Assembly (NCBI GenBank): GCA_016188475.1
Contig: JACPHT010000007.1
Coordinates: 16,467-80,466, forward strand
Source: Candidatus Uhrbacteria bacterium
GTDB taxonomy: Bacteria > Patescibacteriota > Patescibacteriia > UBA9934 > GWF2-40-263
DNA: 64,000 nucleotides
Direction: 5' to 3'
In this document: piece by piece, positions 26,699 through 36,231 of the stretch
Layout of the letters: each line of letters begins with the position of its first letter
How positions within the stretch are numbered: the first letter of the stretch is position 1
Notes under the pieces: generated by a model
What the model saw: the letters and a program-made list of their open reading frames with translations, nothing else
Told to the model about the DNA's origin: nothing
The model's database searches: none
Program-made: the position numbers and the translations under genes

Positions 26699-27820
26699 TC
26701 AGGATGGCAGTATTATTTCGATTTTTAAAATCAGATCTCTCAAACCTGTACCTTTTTTAGCTGAAATACAAATGGCCTTTCGATCACCCAAACGACTAAT
26801 GATGTCATTTTTCGTTGAAGAAGAGACCAAGTCAGTTTTATTGAGCACTAAAATTCGTGGTTTTTGATCCACTTCAAGTCGTTTCAAAATATCATCAACA
26901 CATCCAAGTTGTTGAAAAAAATGTTTATCGCTCGCGTCAGCGATATGCAAAAGCAAATCAGCGTCAACTGCTTCAGAAAGTGTTGAAGCAAAAGCGCTTA
27001 AAAGTTCTGGCGGAAGTTGTTTTATAAAACCGATCGTGTCAGAAACAAGCGCTACTTCTGCTTGTTTTGGTAAAAAAAGTTGACCGACACGTGTGTCAAG
27101 TGTTGCAAAAAGTTCATTGGCCGCGTATTCACGCCTACCAGTGAGAGCATTCAAGAGCGTTGTTTTTCCAGCATTTGTATATCCGACAATAGCGACTGTT
27201 TTAAGATTATTTCGTTTCCGTGACGCTCTCTGTAAATCACGACCTTTTTGATATGTTTCTAACTTATCTTTGATGCGACGTTCTTTTTCTTTCAAGTGTC
27301 TCTTCATGCGCTCAATGTTTGTTTCTCCAATTCCAATAGTTCCGATTCCTCCAGCTTGTCGTGATAACTCCATTCCCATTCCAAAAATCCGCGGACCCAT
27401 GTGACGAATGCTCGCGAGTTCGATTTCCAAACGCGCTTCTGTTGTTTTCGCATGTTTGGCAAAAATTTTCAAAATCAAATCGATTCGATCCCAAACTTGA
27501 ATTTTGTATTTTCGTAATTGTTCTGAAAGTTCAAAAGTTTGACGTGGTTTAAGTTGCGCGTTGATAATCAAAAATGATGCTCCAAGTTTTTTCCCTTCTT
27601 CACCGAGCTCAAGCACTTTTCCGATTCCAATATATGTTTTTGGATGCGGCGCAAATCGTTTCTGCCATTTTTTAACAATCACAATTCCCCCGTACGTATG
27701 TACAAGCTCTTCAAGTTCTTCCATCCGATCCATAGCATGCTCTCCAAGCATTTTCGGATGAATGAGATCAATTAGAATCGCTTTTTGTTGAGACACATTA
27801 ACTAAGCCGTGTTGTACCAT
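26699..27820 (-). CDS. hflX: GTPase HflX.
   Basis: HflX N-domain (PHPKTYIGIGK). G1 is GYTNAGKTTL, and G3/G4 motifs are present. Length is 373 aa. Confidence 0.85.
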   Translation of the reverse strand: MVQHGLVNVSQQKAILIDLIHPKMLGEHAMDRMEELEELVHTYGGIVIVKKWQKRFAPHPKTYIGIGKVLELGEEGKKLGASFLIINAQLKPRQTFELSEQLRKYKIQVWDRIDLILKIFAKHAKTTEARLEIELASIRHMGPRIFGMGMELSRQAGGIGTIGIGETNIERMKRHLKEKERRIKDKLETYQKGRDLQRASRKRNNLKTVAIVGYTNAGKTTLLNALTGRREYAANELFATLDTRVGQLFLPKQAEVALVSDTIGFIKQLPPELLSAFASTLSEAVDADLLLHIADASDKHFFQQLGCVDDILKRLEVDQKPRILVLNKTDLVSSSTKNDIISRLGDRKAICISAKKGTGLRDLILKIEIILPS

Positions 27821-27901
27821 GTCTCCTGGTCATCGGACTGTCGCCGCTGTTCCCTACGACATGTTAAAACCCGGCCCAATCAGAATCATTTCAATCATAC
27901 C

Positions 27902-27943
27902 AAAAACCGCCCCTTCGACTAGTTCAGGGCGGTTTGGTTTTTC
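27902..27943 (-). terminator. Rho-independent terminator of hup (CCGCCC...GGGCGG followed by TTTTTGG on the minus strand).
   Basis: Direct reading. Confidence 0.6.
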
Positions 27944-27950
27944 AAAAAAT

Positions 27951-28232
27951 TTATAGCACTGCGTCTTTTGCTTGCTTTGCAACACGGAATTTCACTACCG
28001 TCTTTGCTGGGATCGAAATGCTTGCACCTGTCATTGGGTTTCGACCTGTGCGAGCGGCTCGCTGTTTCTTAACGAGCTTTCCAAGTCCTGGGAGGTTGAA
28101 TTCCCCGCTTGATTTGACCTCTTTATAGGCCATTTCAACGAACTTATCCCATGCATCGGAAGCCTCTTTTTTGGAAGCTCCCATCATCTCGGCCAATGAA
28201 TTAACAAATTGGCTCTTGGTCATTTTTGCCAT
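27951..28232 (-). CDS. hup: DNA-binding protein HU.
   Basis: A 93-aa protein with the beta-arm RTGRNPMTGASISIPAKTVVKF, which matches the HU/IHF signature. Confidence 0.85.
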   Translation of the reverse strand: MAKMTKSQFVNSLAEMMGASKKEASDAWDKFVEMAYKEVKSSGEFNLPGLGKLVKKQRAARTGRNPMTGASISIPAKTVVKFRVAKQAKDAVL

Positions 28233-28310
28233 AAGTGTAAAAAACTTAAGTTTTACTAGAGCATTTTAACAGGGATAGATAAAAAAGGCAAGGGAATCAA
28301 AGAAAAAACG

Positions 28311-28691
28311 TCAATCTTTATGCACAGAGAACCATTCGCCTGCTTTTTGTATGTCATCCTTGATAATCTTTGCCATCTCTTCTTCTCCTGGAAATGGCAC
28401 TAAATCCCTTATTTTATTGCACAAAACAACGTTCAGATGTTTCCCGATAAGGTCCACATCTTTCTGATCAAGCAGATGAACCTCTATCTTTAGACGATAT
28501 CCGGTCCGTCCGTCATTTATGCAGATTAGCGATGGATAGAGTATTCCTTCAAGTTCAGTATTCCCAACATAAACCCCAAGAGCAGGGATCACCGCACCTT
28601 GTTCCACAGCTAAATTAGCTGTTGGACAGCCCAAACGTGTGGCCATTCCCTCCCCTTTTTCTACACGTCCGCAAAAACACAATTCACGCAT
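28311..28691 (-). CDS. Riboflavin kinase domain protein.
   Basis: GRV.KGEG..LGCPTANL flavokinase motif. Length is 126 aa. Confidence 0.6.
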   Translation of the reverse strand: MRELCFCGRVEKGEGMATRLGCPTANLAVEQGAVIPALGVYVGNTELEGILYPSLICINDGRTGYRLKIEVHLLDQKDVDLIGKHLNVVLCNKIRDLVPFPGEEEMAKIIKDDIQKAGEWFSVHKD

Positions 28692-28736
28692 ACTAATTTA
28701 ATCTATAATCACAAACAAACTTTGGCAAGTCTAATT

Positions 28737-29285
28737 TCATTTTGAAAAATTTTCCTTTATAAAACTCAACGCGCGTTTGAGAATAGGAATCATGTCAATA
28801 TAACTCGATTGTTTCATAACTGAATTGATTGGTACCCACTTTGCGTCAAGCGCGTGTTCTTTAGGATCAGGATGCAAATTCGCATTGCCTGGTGTTTCGA
28901 AAAGAAAAAAGTGAATATCCTTGTGAATCAACTTTCCTTTTTTGCTGAATTGATCGCGAAACCAAATATCAATCTGTCCAAGCTCCTCAAGCAATCGAAT
29001 TTGTTCAAGCCCAAGTTCTTCAAGTGTCTCGCGCGCCGCGGCTTCTTCAAGTTCTTCACCGTTTTCAACATGTCCTTTTGGAAATGTCCATTTGCCGTAC
29101 GAGTCTTTCATCATCGCAATCAAAAGTCGATTTTTTGAACGTTTCAAAACAATTCCACCTGCTGATTCTTCTTGTTCAACTGGTTCACGGCGTTTTATTT
29201 TCTGTTTTTTGTTCAACATATGAACCAAAGATAACCTTAATCGCCACATCAAGTTGTGGATCAATCCCTTGTTTGAATTCATCAA
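28737..29285 (-). CDS. NUDIX hydrolase.
   Basis: Nudix box GHVENGEELEEAAARETLEELG. The true start may be the internal MLNKKQK because the long form overlaps ctpA. Confidence 0.7.
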   Translation of the reverse strand: MMNSNKGLIHNLMWRLRLSLVHMLNKKQKIKRREPVEQEESAGGIVLKRSKNRLLIAMMKDSYGKWTFPKGHVENGEELEEAAARETLEELGLEQIRLLEELGQIDIWFRDQFSKKGKLIHKDIHFFLFETPGNANLHPDPKEHALDAKWVPINSVMKQSSYIDMIPILKRALSFIKENFSK

Positions 29286-30432
29286 GTGTGAAAGGAATTA
29301 CGATATCCGGAGTGATTCCTGTTTCGTGAATCGTGCGACCTTTTGGAGTATACCAAGTTGCTGTTGTAACTTTTACAGCCGACCCGTCGCTTAATTCGCG
29401 GTAATCTTGCACAGAACCTTTGCCAAAAGTTTGAGTACCGACAAGTTTAGCGAGTCCATAATCTTGCAGAGCACCAGAAACAATTTCAGAAGCAGACGCG
29501 CTACCTCCGTTCACCAAAACAACTGTTGGAACATCGGCGAGACGGGCCGCGCTCATACCTTTGAATGTTTGCGCATTCTCTTGCGATTTTTCAATCACGA
29601 CAGGTTGATAACCAACCCAAGCTGAAGCAATATCAATTGCTGATGTAAGAAGTCCGCCGGGATTGCTTCGTAAATCAAGAATTATTCCGCGAACGTTTTT
29701 TGTGAGTGTTTCCTGAATCGCATCCAAAAATAATTCTGAAGTGTCGTCGTTGAACGTTGAAATTGAAATTCGCATGATGTTATTTTCATCAATTTTCCAT
29801 TTTACAGAATCAATAACAATTTTTTCTCGAGTGATCGTAATTTCTGTAAGAGAATTCAAACCATTTCTACTAATAGACATTTTAACTTGTGTCCCGGCGT
29901 CACCTCGGATTTTTGAAACAGCTTCGTCAACACTCATGCCAAGTGTTTCAACTCCATCAATCATCACAATCCAATCACCTGGCTGAAGACCAGCACGAGC
30001 TGCTGGAGCATCATCAATCGGAGCGACAATAACTAATTTTTCATCTCGAATTCCGATTTCTGCGCCGATTCCACTGAAAGATCCATTCAAACTTGAAATA
30101 AATTCCTCTGCGTCTTTTGGATCAAAATAAACAGAATAAGGATCACCGAGTCCTTCAAGAATTCCCTTCAAAGCGCCGTAATATAAATCCTCATCAGAAA
30201 CTGGCTGTTTGTAATAAGAAGTTTTCGCAAAATTCCAAACATCCCAAAATTGCTTAAAATCAAGTTTGCTTTCATCTGCTGTCTGACCATTGGATTCAGT
30301 AACCAAATTTTTTGTTGAACGTGCGCCTCCGACAAAATATCCAATCACAAATGAAAACACTATGATAAGCGAGCTAAAAAGAAAAAGCACTGTGTGCGGA
30401 ATGTTCTTTTTTGGAAAAAAAATTGAAGGCAT
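29185..30432 (-). CDS. ctpA: Carboxy-terminal processing peptidase (S41 family) with a PDZ domain.
   Basis: PDZ motif (GLQPGDWIVMIDG). S41 catalytic region (ILDLRSNPGG, TFGKGSVQ). The start is reassigned to MPSIFFP at 30432. The longer ORF-track N-terminus is the translation of an inverted repeat. Confidence 0.75.
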   Translation of the reverse strand: MPSIFFPKKNIPHTVLFLFSSLIIVFSFVIGYFVGGARSTKNLVTESNGQTADESKLDFKQFWDVWNFAKTSYYKQPVSDEDLYYGALKGILEGLGDPYSVYFDPKDAEEFISSLNGSFSGIGAEIGIRDEKLVIVAPIDDAPAARAGLQPGDWIVMIDGVETLGMSVDEAVSKIRGDAGTQVKMSISRNGLNSLTEITITREKIVIDSVKWKIDENNIMRISISTFNDDTSELFLDAIQETLTKNVRGIILDLRSNPGGLLTSAIDIASAWVGYQPVVIEKSQENAQTFKGMSAARLADVPTVVLVNGGSASASEIVSGALQDYGLAKLVGTQTFGKGSVQDYRELSDGSAVKVTTATWYTPKGRTIHETGITPDIVIPFTLDEFKQGIDPQLDVAIKVIFGSYVEQKTENKTP

Positions 30433-30437
30433 GATAG

Positions 30438-30526
30438 AAAGTAGTATAGTAGAAAAGTAGTAAAGTAGCAAAGGGATTGTTATTCCTCTGCTATTTTGCT
30501 ACTCTGCTACTATTTAACTATGCCTA
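30438..30526. repeat. ~34-bp imperfect inverted repeat of AGTAG/GTAGCA words, filling the divergent ctpA/PEGA intergenic region.
   Basis: Direct reading. Confidence 0.55.
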
Positions 30527-31713
30527 AATTCTGGCGACCGTTGTTATTCTTCATATTTGTCGCCGCGTTTTTAATAAGCGCGCCGATTGTTGTTTTGTAT
30601 ACTGCTGGTTATCGCTATCAATTTGGAGCAAACAAAATTGTTCAAACTGGAATTTTGAATGTGGCGTCTTTTCCAAAGGGCGCTTCAATTTTTATTGATA
30701 ACAAAAAACAAAAAGAAAATACTCCTGCTGTAATTGACGACGTTATGCCAGGAAAGCACATAGTTCGAGTGCAAAAAGACGGTTATACTTCCTGGCAAAA
30801 AACACTCGAAATCAACAGCAAACAAACCACATTTGCAGATGATATTATTTTATTCCTTGAGCAAGCTCCTGAATCAACAACTATCGCGCTTACAACAGAA
30901 CCGGTTATTAACAAATCAACAAAACAATGGATATATATAACAGATGATGGTTCTTGGATTGAGGTTCTAATGAAAGAAAATTTTGACACACTACCAAAAT
31001 CACTTTTGCGTTTACCAAAACAAAAGTTACAAACATATTCTGTTAAATGGACTGACACAAACGAAATTTTGTTCATCGAAGCAACCGGAACAAAACAAGC
31101 AAAAACACTTCTCAACGTTAAAACAGATGAACAAAAACCATTTGATGAAAAACTTTCGGCGTTATCAATTAAAAATTTATCTGATCGAAGTGTTCTTTCT
31201 ATAAAAGACGAAAACAATGTTGCAAAAATTATCGCTTATCTACCTCTTGGCTCATATATTTTTGACAATTCTCCAAATCCATATTTTTTACTGAGTGACA
31301 CTTCACACAACAGACTTATTATTATTGATCCAACACAAACACAGGAAACTATACTTTTAAACGTTTCTGCAAATCAATGGAATTGGTCAAAAACCGGAGG
31401 CGCACTTCTGTTTAGTGACGGGTTTGATGTTGCAGTGTATTCACCTACCTCGCACAGACAAGAAACGTTAACGCGAGTAAGTGAACCAATAACTGGACTT
31501 AAATGGTATGAAAAAGGTTCGGTTGCAATTTTTGCTTCAAAAGAAGGAATAGAGGCGATTGAACTTGATCAAAGATCACAAAGAAATAAGACGACTCTTG
31601 TGGAAGAACCTCTTGTAAATCAATTTTGGTTTGAAAATGATGGTGAATGGATTGTGTGGACGATTGAGAAGGATTCTGGAGTTGAAGTGGTGAGAAAAAG
31701 ATTGCAAAAGTAA
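30520..31713 (+). CDS. Membrane-anchored PEGA-domain protein.
   Basis: N-terminal TM. PEGA-like block ASIFIDNKKQKENTPAVIDDVMPGKHIVRVQKDGYTSW. The start is reassigned to MPKFW at 30520. Confidence 0.5.
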   Translation: MPKFWRPLLFFIFVAAFLISAPIVVLYTAGYRYQFGANKIVQTGILNVASFPKGASIFIDNKKQKENTPAVIDDVMPGKHIVRVQKDGYTSWQKTLEINSKQTTFADDIILFLEQAPESTTIALTTEPVINKSTKQWIYITDDGSWIEVLMKENFDTLPKSLLRLPKQKLQTYSVKWTDTNEILFIEATGTKQAKTLLNVKTDEQKPFDEKLSALSIKNLSDRSVLSIKDENNVAKIIAYLPLGSYIFDNSPNPYFLLSDTSHNRLIIIDPTQTQETILLNVSANQWNWSKTGGALLFSDGFDVAVYSPTSHRQETLTRVSEPITGLKWYEKGSVAIFASKEGIEAIELDQRSQRNKTTLVEEPLVNQFWFENDGEWIVWTIEKDSGVEVVRKRLQK

Positions 31714-31720
31714 ACAAAAA

Positions 31721-31811
31721 GAGCGGTCGTACAATGTCTCCGGGCCAACGCCGTGCCTGCCTTTGGCAGGGACTCTTCGCCGCTGTCCCCTACGTCATGG
31801 TACAACCGCTC
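31721..31811. repeat. GC-rich inverted-repeat element. Arms are GAGCGGTCGTACAATG / CATGGTACAACCGCTC. The core is ATGTCTCCGGGCCAACG..GACTCTTCGCCGCTGTCCCCTACGTCATGG with a 20-nt hairpin insertion.
   Basis: Member of the family described in the findings. Confidence 0.7.
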
Positions 31812-31865
31812 ATTTATTATCTCTCAACTTCCTATTTGGTGGAAAGGGATGGAGGACGATATTCA

Positions 31866-32948
31866 CTACAATTCCACAAAACTATTGTCGCCAACAATCA
31901 ATCTGTGTCCGCTTTTTGGATGAGTGCGTGTGTAATCAACGAGTGTCGCGTTGAGTCCGATCAAACTGTTTACAATTCTGCGCGTTGTATCAATCGTCGC
32001 GCCATCAAAAATTATCGAATGCTCAACTTCTGTTTGATTAATTTTTACATTGTTGCCAATCGATGTATACGGCCCGATATACGAAGAAGTAATCTCACAA
32101 TTTTCTCCAATCACAACTGGCCCACGGATCAGCACATCTGCATTGATGCGTGTGTTTTTCCCAATACTTACCATTCCTTGAATTTGCACGCTCTCTGACA
32201 ATTCACACTCACAACAAAAATGCTCGCGTGGAAGATCATCCATGATAAGTGCATTGCCTTCAATCAAAGCGTCAGGCGTTCCGGTATCTTTCCACCAACC
32301 AGTAATTTCCTCATGTCCTGTTTTTCCATTTCTAATATACCAAGTAATGATGTCAGTGATTTCATACTCACCACGCGCAGATGGCTCGATCGTTTTAAAA
32401 GCTTCAAAAAAATTCTCATCAAATAAATAAATTCCAGTCACTGCAAATGGCGACGGTGGATTTTTTGGTTTTTCAATTGTTCTGACCAGCTGCCCTTCAG
32501 CACCAAATTCCGGAACGCCAAATCTCTGCGGATCTTTAACGCGCGAAAGCGCGATCATGCAATTGAGTTCTTCATTTTGAAATCGCTCGACAAATTTTTT
32601 TATACTTCCAAGAATAATATTATCGCCAAGAAAAAATAAAAAACGCTCGCCGCGAAGATATTCTTCAGCGTTTGCGACAACGTGCGCGAGACCTTTTGCG
32701 CCACCACGCTGTTCAACATATTTGATATGCGCTCCGTATTTTGAACCATCTCCAAGTGTATCAGCCATGAGCTGAACCTCACCTGGATTTACGTTGATAA
32801 TAATATCAGTGATTCCAGCGTCGATGATTTTTTTGATTGGATACAAAAGCATTGGTTGATTCGCAAGTGGAATCAAGTGTTTGTTACGCGTCCAAGTAAT
32901 TGGGCGCAAACGTGTGGAATGGCCACCGGCCGCGATCAGGGCTTTCAT
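31866..32948 (-). CDS. Sugar-1-phosphate nucleotidylyltransferase, long form (RmlA-like N-domain plus a C-terminal left-handed beta-helix).
   Basis: AAGGHSTRLRPIT motif. The C-terminal region has hexapeptide repeats. Length is 360 aa. Confidence 0.75.
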   Translation of the reverse strand: MKALIAAGGHSTRLRPITWTRNKHLIPLANQPMLLYPIKKIIDAGITDIIINVNPGEVQLMADTLGDGSKYGAHIKYVEQRGGAKGLAHVVANAEEYLRGERFLFFLGDNIILGSIKKFVERFQNEELNCMIALSRVKDPQRFGVPEFGAEGQLVRTIEKPKNPPSPFAVTGIYLFDENFFEAFKTIEPSARGEYEITDIITWYIRNGKTGHEEITGWWKDTGTPDALIEGNALIMDDLPREHFCCECELSESVQIQGMVSIGKNTRINADVLIRGPVVIGENCEITSSYIGPYTSIGNNVKINQTEVEHSIIFDGATIDTTRRIVNSLIGLNATLVDYTRTHPKSGHRLIVGDNSFVEL

Positions 32949-33065
32949 AGTGTAGAAGCTGAAGATGTTGGAGATAATAAGTTAACAGGAAACTTGCCGA
33001 TTGACAAATACATCAAAGTCACCCAATATACGCTTGCCTTGATGGCTGAAAAGAAAGGTGGACTC

Positions 33066-33635
33066 ATGAAATTCGTTTCACTTAGAGACACTGCTCAAGC
33101 AATTGGTTCGGACACATATATTCTACTAGAGACTGAGGAAGTCGCCCAAGGTAAAATCGCGGCTGGCAAGGCTCACGAACTATGGGTCTTCGATCAAATA
33201 GCAGGTGTAATCAGGAGGGGGGATAACAAGTTTCACGCTTGTGGCGTCGTTCCTCACCCTGGCGGATGGTACGTGGCGGCGGTCATCGAGGAACCAAGTG
33301 TTGTACAGCCAGAATATGGGCCGCGCATTGTTGGACAGGTGATTGTAGATGTGAATCAACACGGTTTCGTCCGTTCGCGAATCGCGAAAGGATTGAACGG
33401 AGAAATACTTGAGTTGAGGCCAAGCTCGATTTCCAAAGGCGAGCTCGAATCCTCTGGACGCAAGCCTGACGCTGTGTACGAGGCAAACCCACAGCGCATC
33501 AAAGGAACGATCGCTGTGTTCAGAAACGATGTCGATTTTCCTGATGAGGAAGGCGTGACTCCTTCTGAATTCGTCTCTCGCTCGACCGATGCTCGTTCTA
33601 TCACTGCCATTGCCAAGCTCGGTCTTCTCTCGTAG
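33066..33635 (+). CDS. Hypothetical protein (190 aa) in a locally GC-rich segment.
   Basis: An AAGGTGG site sits 5 nt upstream of the ATG at 33066, and a hairpin plus T-run terminator lies at 33645-33682. The longer ORF-track start (32856) overlaps the rmlA-like gene. Antisense ORFs here look compositionally unprotein-like. Confidence 0.35.
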   Translation: MKFVSLRDTAQAIGSDTYILLETEEVAQGKIAAGKAHELWVFDQIAGVIRRGDNKFHACGVVPHPGGWYVAAVIEEPSVVQPEYGPRIVGQVIVDVNQHGFVRSRIAKGLNGEILELRPSSISKGELESSGRKPDAVYEANPQRIKGTIAVFRNDVDFPDEEGVTPSEFVSRSTDARSITAIAKLGLLS

Positions 33636-33644
33636 CTCATTCTG

Positions 33645-33682
33645 AACCCAACTCGCTGAACCCAACTCGGGTTCTTTTTTGT
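33645..33682 (+). terminator. Rho-independent terminator (AACCCAACTCGGGTT followed by CTTTTTTG).
   Basis: Direct reading. Confidence 0.55.
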
Positions 33683-33800
33683 TAAATATTTACTCGCAAA
33701 ATTATCTGTGACTATGATTTGCATACAAAATATAAGTGACTATTTGAGAAGAATACTTGGAAATGACTGTTCGAAAATAACAGTTTAATGATTTTTGCAA

Positions 33801-33834
33801 TCACACTTAACTCCCGATCGGGAGTTAAGTGTGA
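33801..33834. repeat. Palindrome family copy 3 (TCACACTTAACTCCCGATCGGGAGTTAAGTGTGA), flanked by T-runs on both strands.
   Basis: Perfect 34-bp palindrome with the same arms as 9060-9093. Confidence 0.75.
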
Positions 33835-33952
33835 TAATATTTTTTGAAAACTAGGGAAATGTTCTATATCTTTCTGTTGACATCTTTTCGCGGGTGTGAA
33901 AAAATGTCAACAAGTCAACAGACGATAAATTAAAAATTTCAAAATAAATCTT

Positions 33953-34468
33953 ATGCCTAAAATTTTTCAACAAAAAGCAATACTGCAATTATTAAAATCT
34001 ATAGAAAACGAATTACTAATCCTACCCACACCAACACAGATCTATTTTGGTCCGCGCACAGAAATCGGACAAGTACGAAAAACTGAGCGAGAACAATCTC
34101 GTCTCCGTAGAGAACGATATCAACAAATACAATATCTAAAAAGAAAAAAATGGGTCAGCACGAAACAAACTGAAAAAGGATTGTTTATAAAGTTAAGCGA
34201 CCTTGGAAAAAATGAACTGATCGCCAGGTCAGCACAATCAAAGCCTAAGCTATCTGGTAATAATGTATGCCTTCTTATTTTCGATTTTCCAGAATCTGCA
34301 CGCAGAGGCCGCGATGCATTTCGTTATTTCATAAAATCACTCGGATTCAAACAAGTCCAAATGAGTGTTTGGGAATCAGATCGAAATTGTATGGAGGATG
34401 TCAAACGATTCATCAAAGACACAAAAATCTCCAAATGGGTAAAATTGTATATTGCAAACGAAAAATAA
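33953..34468 (+). CDS. Hypothetical regulator-like protein. It has an N-terminal winged-helix-like region and a C-terminal segment resembling the PaaX_C / Cas2-like fold.
   Basis: The C-terminal LLIFDFPESARRGRDAFRYFIKSLGFKQVQMSVW resembles the Cas2/PaaX-C pattern. The call is tentative. Confidence 0.3.
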   Translation: MPKIFQQKAILQLLKSIENELLILPTPTQIYFGPRTEIGQVRKTEREQSRLRRERYQQIQYLKRKKWVSTKQTEKGLFIKLSDLGKNELIARSAQSKPKLSGNNVCLLIFDFPESARRGRDAFRYFIKSLGFKQVQMSVWESDRNCMEDVKRFIKDTKISKWVKLYIANEK

Positions 34469-34582
34469 TTGGGCTTTGGTGTTAGTGAAAAATTTGTAAA
34501 ACAATTTGTTGACAAAAGTTCACCCCTGTGAAAAGTTGTCAACAAAAAATCGCACCGAGTTGGTGCGAGAGTACTACTCAGA

Positions 34583-35368
34583 CTAGATTAGCATGCTACT
34601 GACAGAGCGCATGTGTCCGTTTAGAAAACCGGATTGGCGAAGTGTGCGCCAAATATAGATGTTGATCCATGCAAAGTTCTCCGGTTGACCAGTTAGCTGT
34701 ATTTCTGCTTCAACATCTTCGATAGAAAGAACATTGACAATTACGTACTTGTTAGCCTTTTCGAAAAATCGCCCTCCATCCTCAACAGCAGACTCCCATA
34801 CCGCGAAATTAACCCATGTCGGTTTCTTCGATTCAGTTGCGATGCTCGCAAACGGAACCTGTTTGTACGATTTGCCGTTTGGATCAAGCTCGCCATTCAA
34901 GGCCTTGATATGATTCTCAAGATTGCCTTTTGAGAATTGAATCGGTGGACCCACAAGAACGCGAGTATTGACCAAGTCGGAACGGATTCCTATATTTCCG
35001 GGTTCTGGAAACAGACGCACGAGCAACTTGTCAGGATCTATGCGCGATCCAAATCGCCTGATGAGCCCAACATACCCGCTCGGCTGAACTATCATTGGCT
35101 GGCTCCATCCGCTGACTTCGCGCCCACCAGATTGTTTGATCTGAAACCCTTCGACACTGAAGTATTGGCCGTCAGGTCTTGCGATTTTGATATAGTCAGT
35201 AACCCAAGTTGGAGCAAGAGATGAGAGCGGAGTTCTCTCAACCTCCATTGCAAGAGCTGAAGCGCGATCGGTTGCCCATGCGACAAACTCGTCTGATCTT
35301 TCAAATACTTTTGTGGACACGTTAACTTCCTTATCCTGCCGCCAATTGGCAGACGACGATCCTATCAA
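34583..35368 (-). CDS. Hypothetical protein (261 aa) embedded in the dTDP-sugar cluster.
   Basis: Sits in the position where RmlC would be expected, but no cupin/RmlC motifs are present. Confidence 0.35.
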   Translation of the reverse strand: MIGSSSANWRQDKEVNVSTKVFERSDEFVAWATDRASALAMEVERTPLSSLAPTWVTDYIKIARPDGQYFSVEGFQIKQSGGREVSGWSQPMIVQPSGYVGLIRRFGSRIDPDKLLVRLFPEPGNIGIRSDLVNTRVLVGPPIQFSKGNLENHIKALNGELDPNGKSYKQVPFASIATESKKPTWVNFAVWESAVEDGGRFFEKANKYVIVNVLSIEDVEAEIQLTGQPENFAWINIYIWRTLRQSGFLNGHMRSVSSMLI

Positions 35369-35383
35369 AAAGAAAAACGGGTG

Positions 35384-36229
35384 TCAACCCCGTTTCTTTG
35401 CCTGCGCGTATTTTTGAATTGTGTCTCGCAGTGCCTCTTTTACTGGCCGTATTGTGATTCCGAATTGCGCGAGTTGTGTGTTTGATAAAAAGTTGTTTGA
35501 ACGTCCTTTTTTTGCAAGGCCTTGAGCAACAAGATCGTCGTTTGAAATCCATTCGCACGAATGATTTGGATCTACCAACTCCTTGTATAATCCAAGCAGT
35601 TCGCGATGCTTCATTGTTCCAGGATTTGAAACATGAAAAATTCCTGTTGCTTTTTTTTCCAAAAGTTGATGAAACACATCAATCATGTCATCAACGATTG
35701 TTACTGAATTTTCAACATCAATTATTTTTGAATAGCTTGCAAGCTTGTCAATCAAATTACTTTCTGATGGTTTCCAATCGATCGGCATTCGAATACGTGC
35801 GATACCGACATTTGGCAAAGTAGTCAAAACTAAGTCAGCCGCCCATTTGGCTCGCGAATAAACTGGACGAGGGTTTCCAAAATCTTCCTCGCGCCAAGCT
35901 TTGTCTTCGTGTGGAGAATCTCCATAAAAAATACAACCTGAACCCATGTGTAACAAATACACACCAACTTCTTGGCAGGCTTGGGCAAGCAAAATCGGCA
36001 TGAGTGTATTTCCCTGAATCGTTTCAAGTTGGTGATCTTCACACCAATCAACATTTGGTTTCCCTTTGATGCCGGCTGCATTCAAAACAACATCTGGTTG
36101 AAATTTCCGAATTTCATCAAGCGCGTCGTGTTTGCTTACAACGTGAACATTGGACACTGTTGCTTCGTCTTTCCAAACATCTTTACAGCGATTGCCAAGA
36201 TACCCGTTTCCAAAGATTAGAATTTTCAT
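35384..36229 (-). CDS. dTDP-4-dehydrorhamnose reductase-like (RmlD family) NAD(P)-dependent sugar reductase.
   Basis: Glycine-rich N-terminus IFGNGYLG and a YxxxK motif (YSRAK). Size is about 280 aa, and it lies adjacent to rmlB. Confidence 0.65.
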   Translation of the reverse strand: MKILIFGNGYLGNRCKDVWKDEATVSNVHVVSKHDALDEIRKFQPDVVLNAAGIKGKPNVDWCEDHQLETIQGNTLMPILLAQACQEVGVYLLHMGSGCIFYGDSPHEDKAWREEDFGNPRPVYSRAKWAADLVLTTLPNVGIARIRMPIDWKPSESNLIDKLASYSKIIDVENSVTIVDDMIDVFHQLLEKKATGIFHVSNPGTMKHRELLGLYKELVDPNHSCEWISNDDLVAQGLAKKGRSNNFLSNTQLAQFGITIRPVKEALRDTIQKYAQAKKRG

Positions 36230-36231
36230 AA

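Noticed and set aside
31734-32198. ORF-track ORFs beginning MSPGQRR / MSPGHRT (31734..32198 and 53630..53821) as a conserved small-protein family
   Set aside because: The shared N-terminus is the translation of the conserved repeat core ATGTCTCCnGGnCA. Downstream sequences are unrelated, and they overlap better-supported genes or terminators. They are judged artefacts of the repeat.
33180-33724. Minus-strand ORFs 33180..33665 and 33356..33724 as the real genes of the GC-rich segment
   Set aside because: Their composition is Arg/Ser-heavy and low-complexity, typical of antisense frames in GC-rich DNA. The plus-strand frame has an RBS-like AAGGTGG, a balanced composition and a downstream terminator. 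Confidence in either reading is low.
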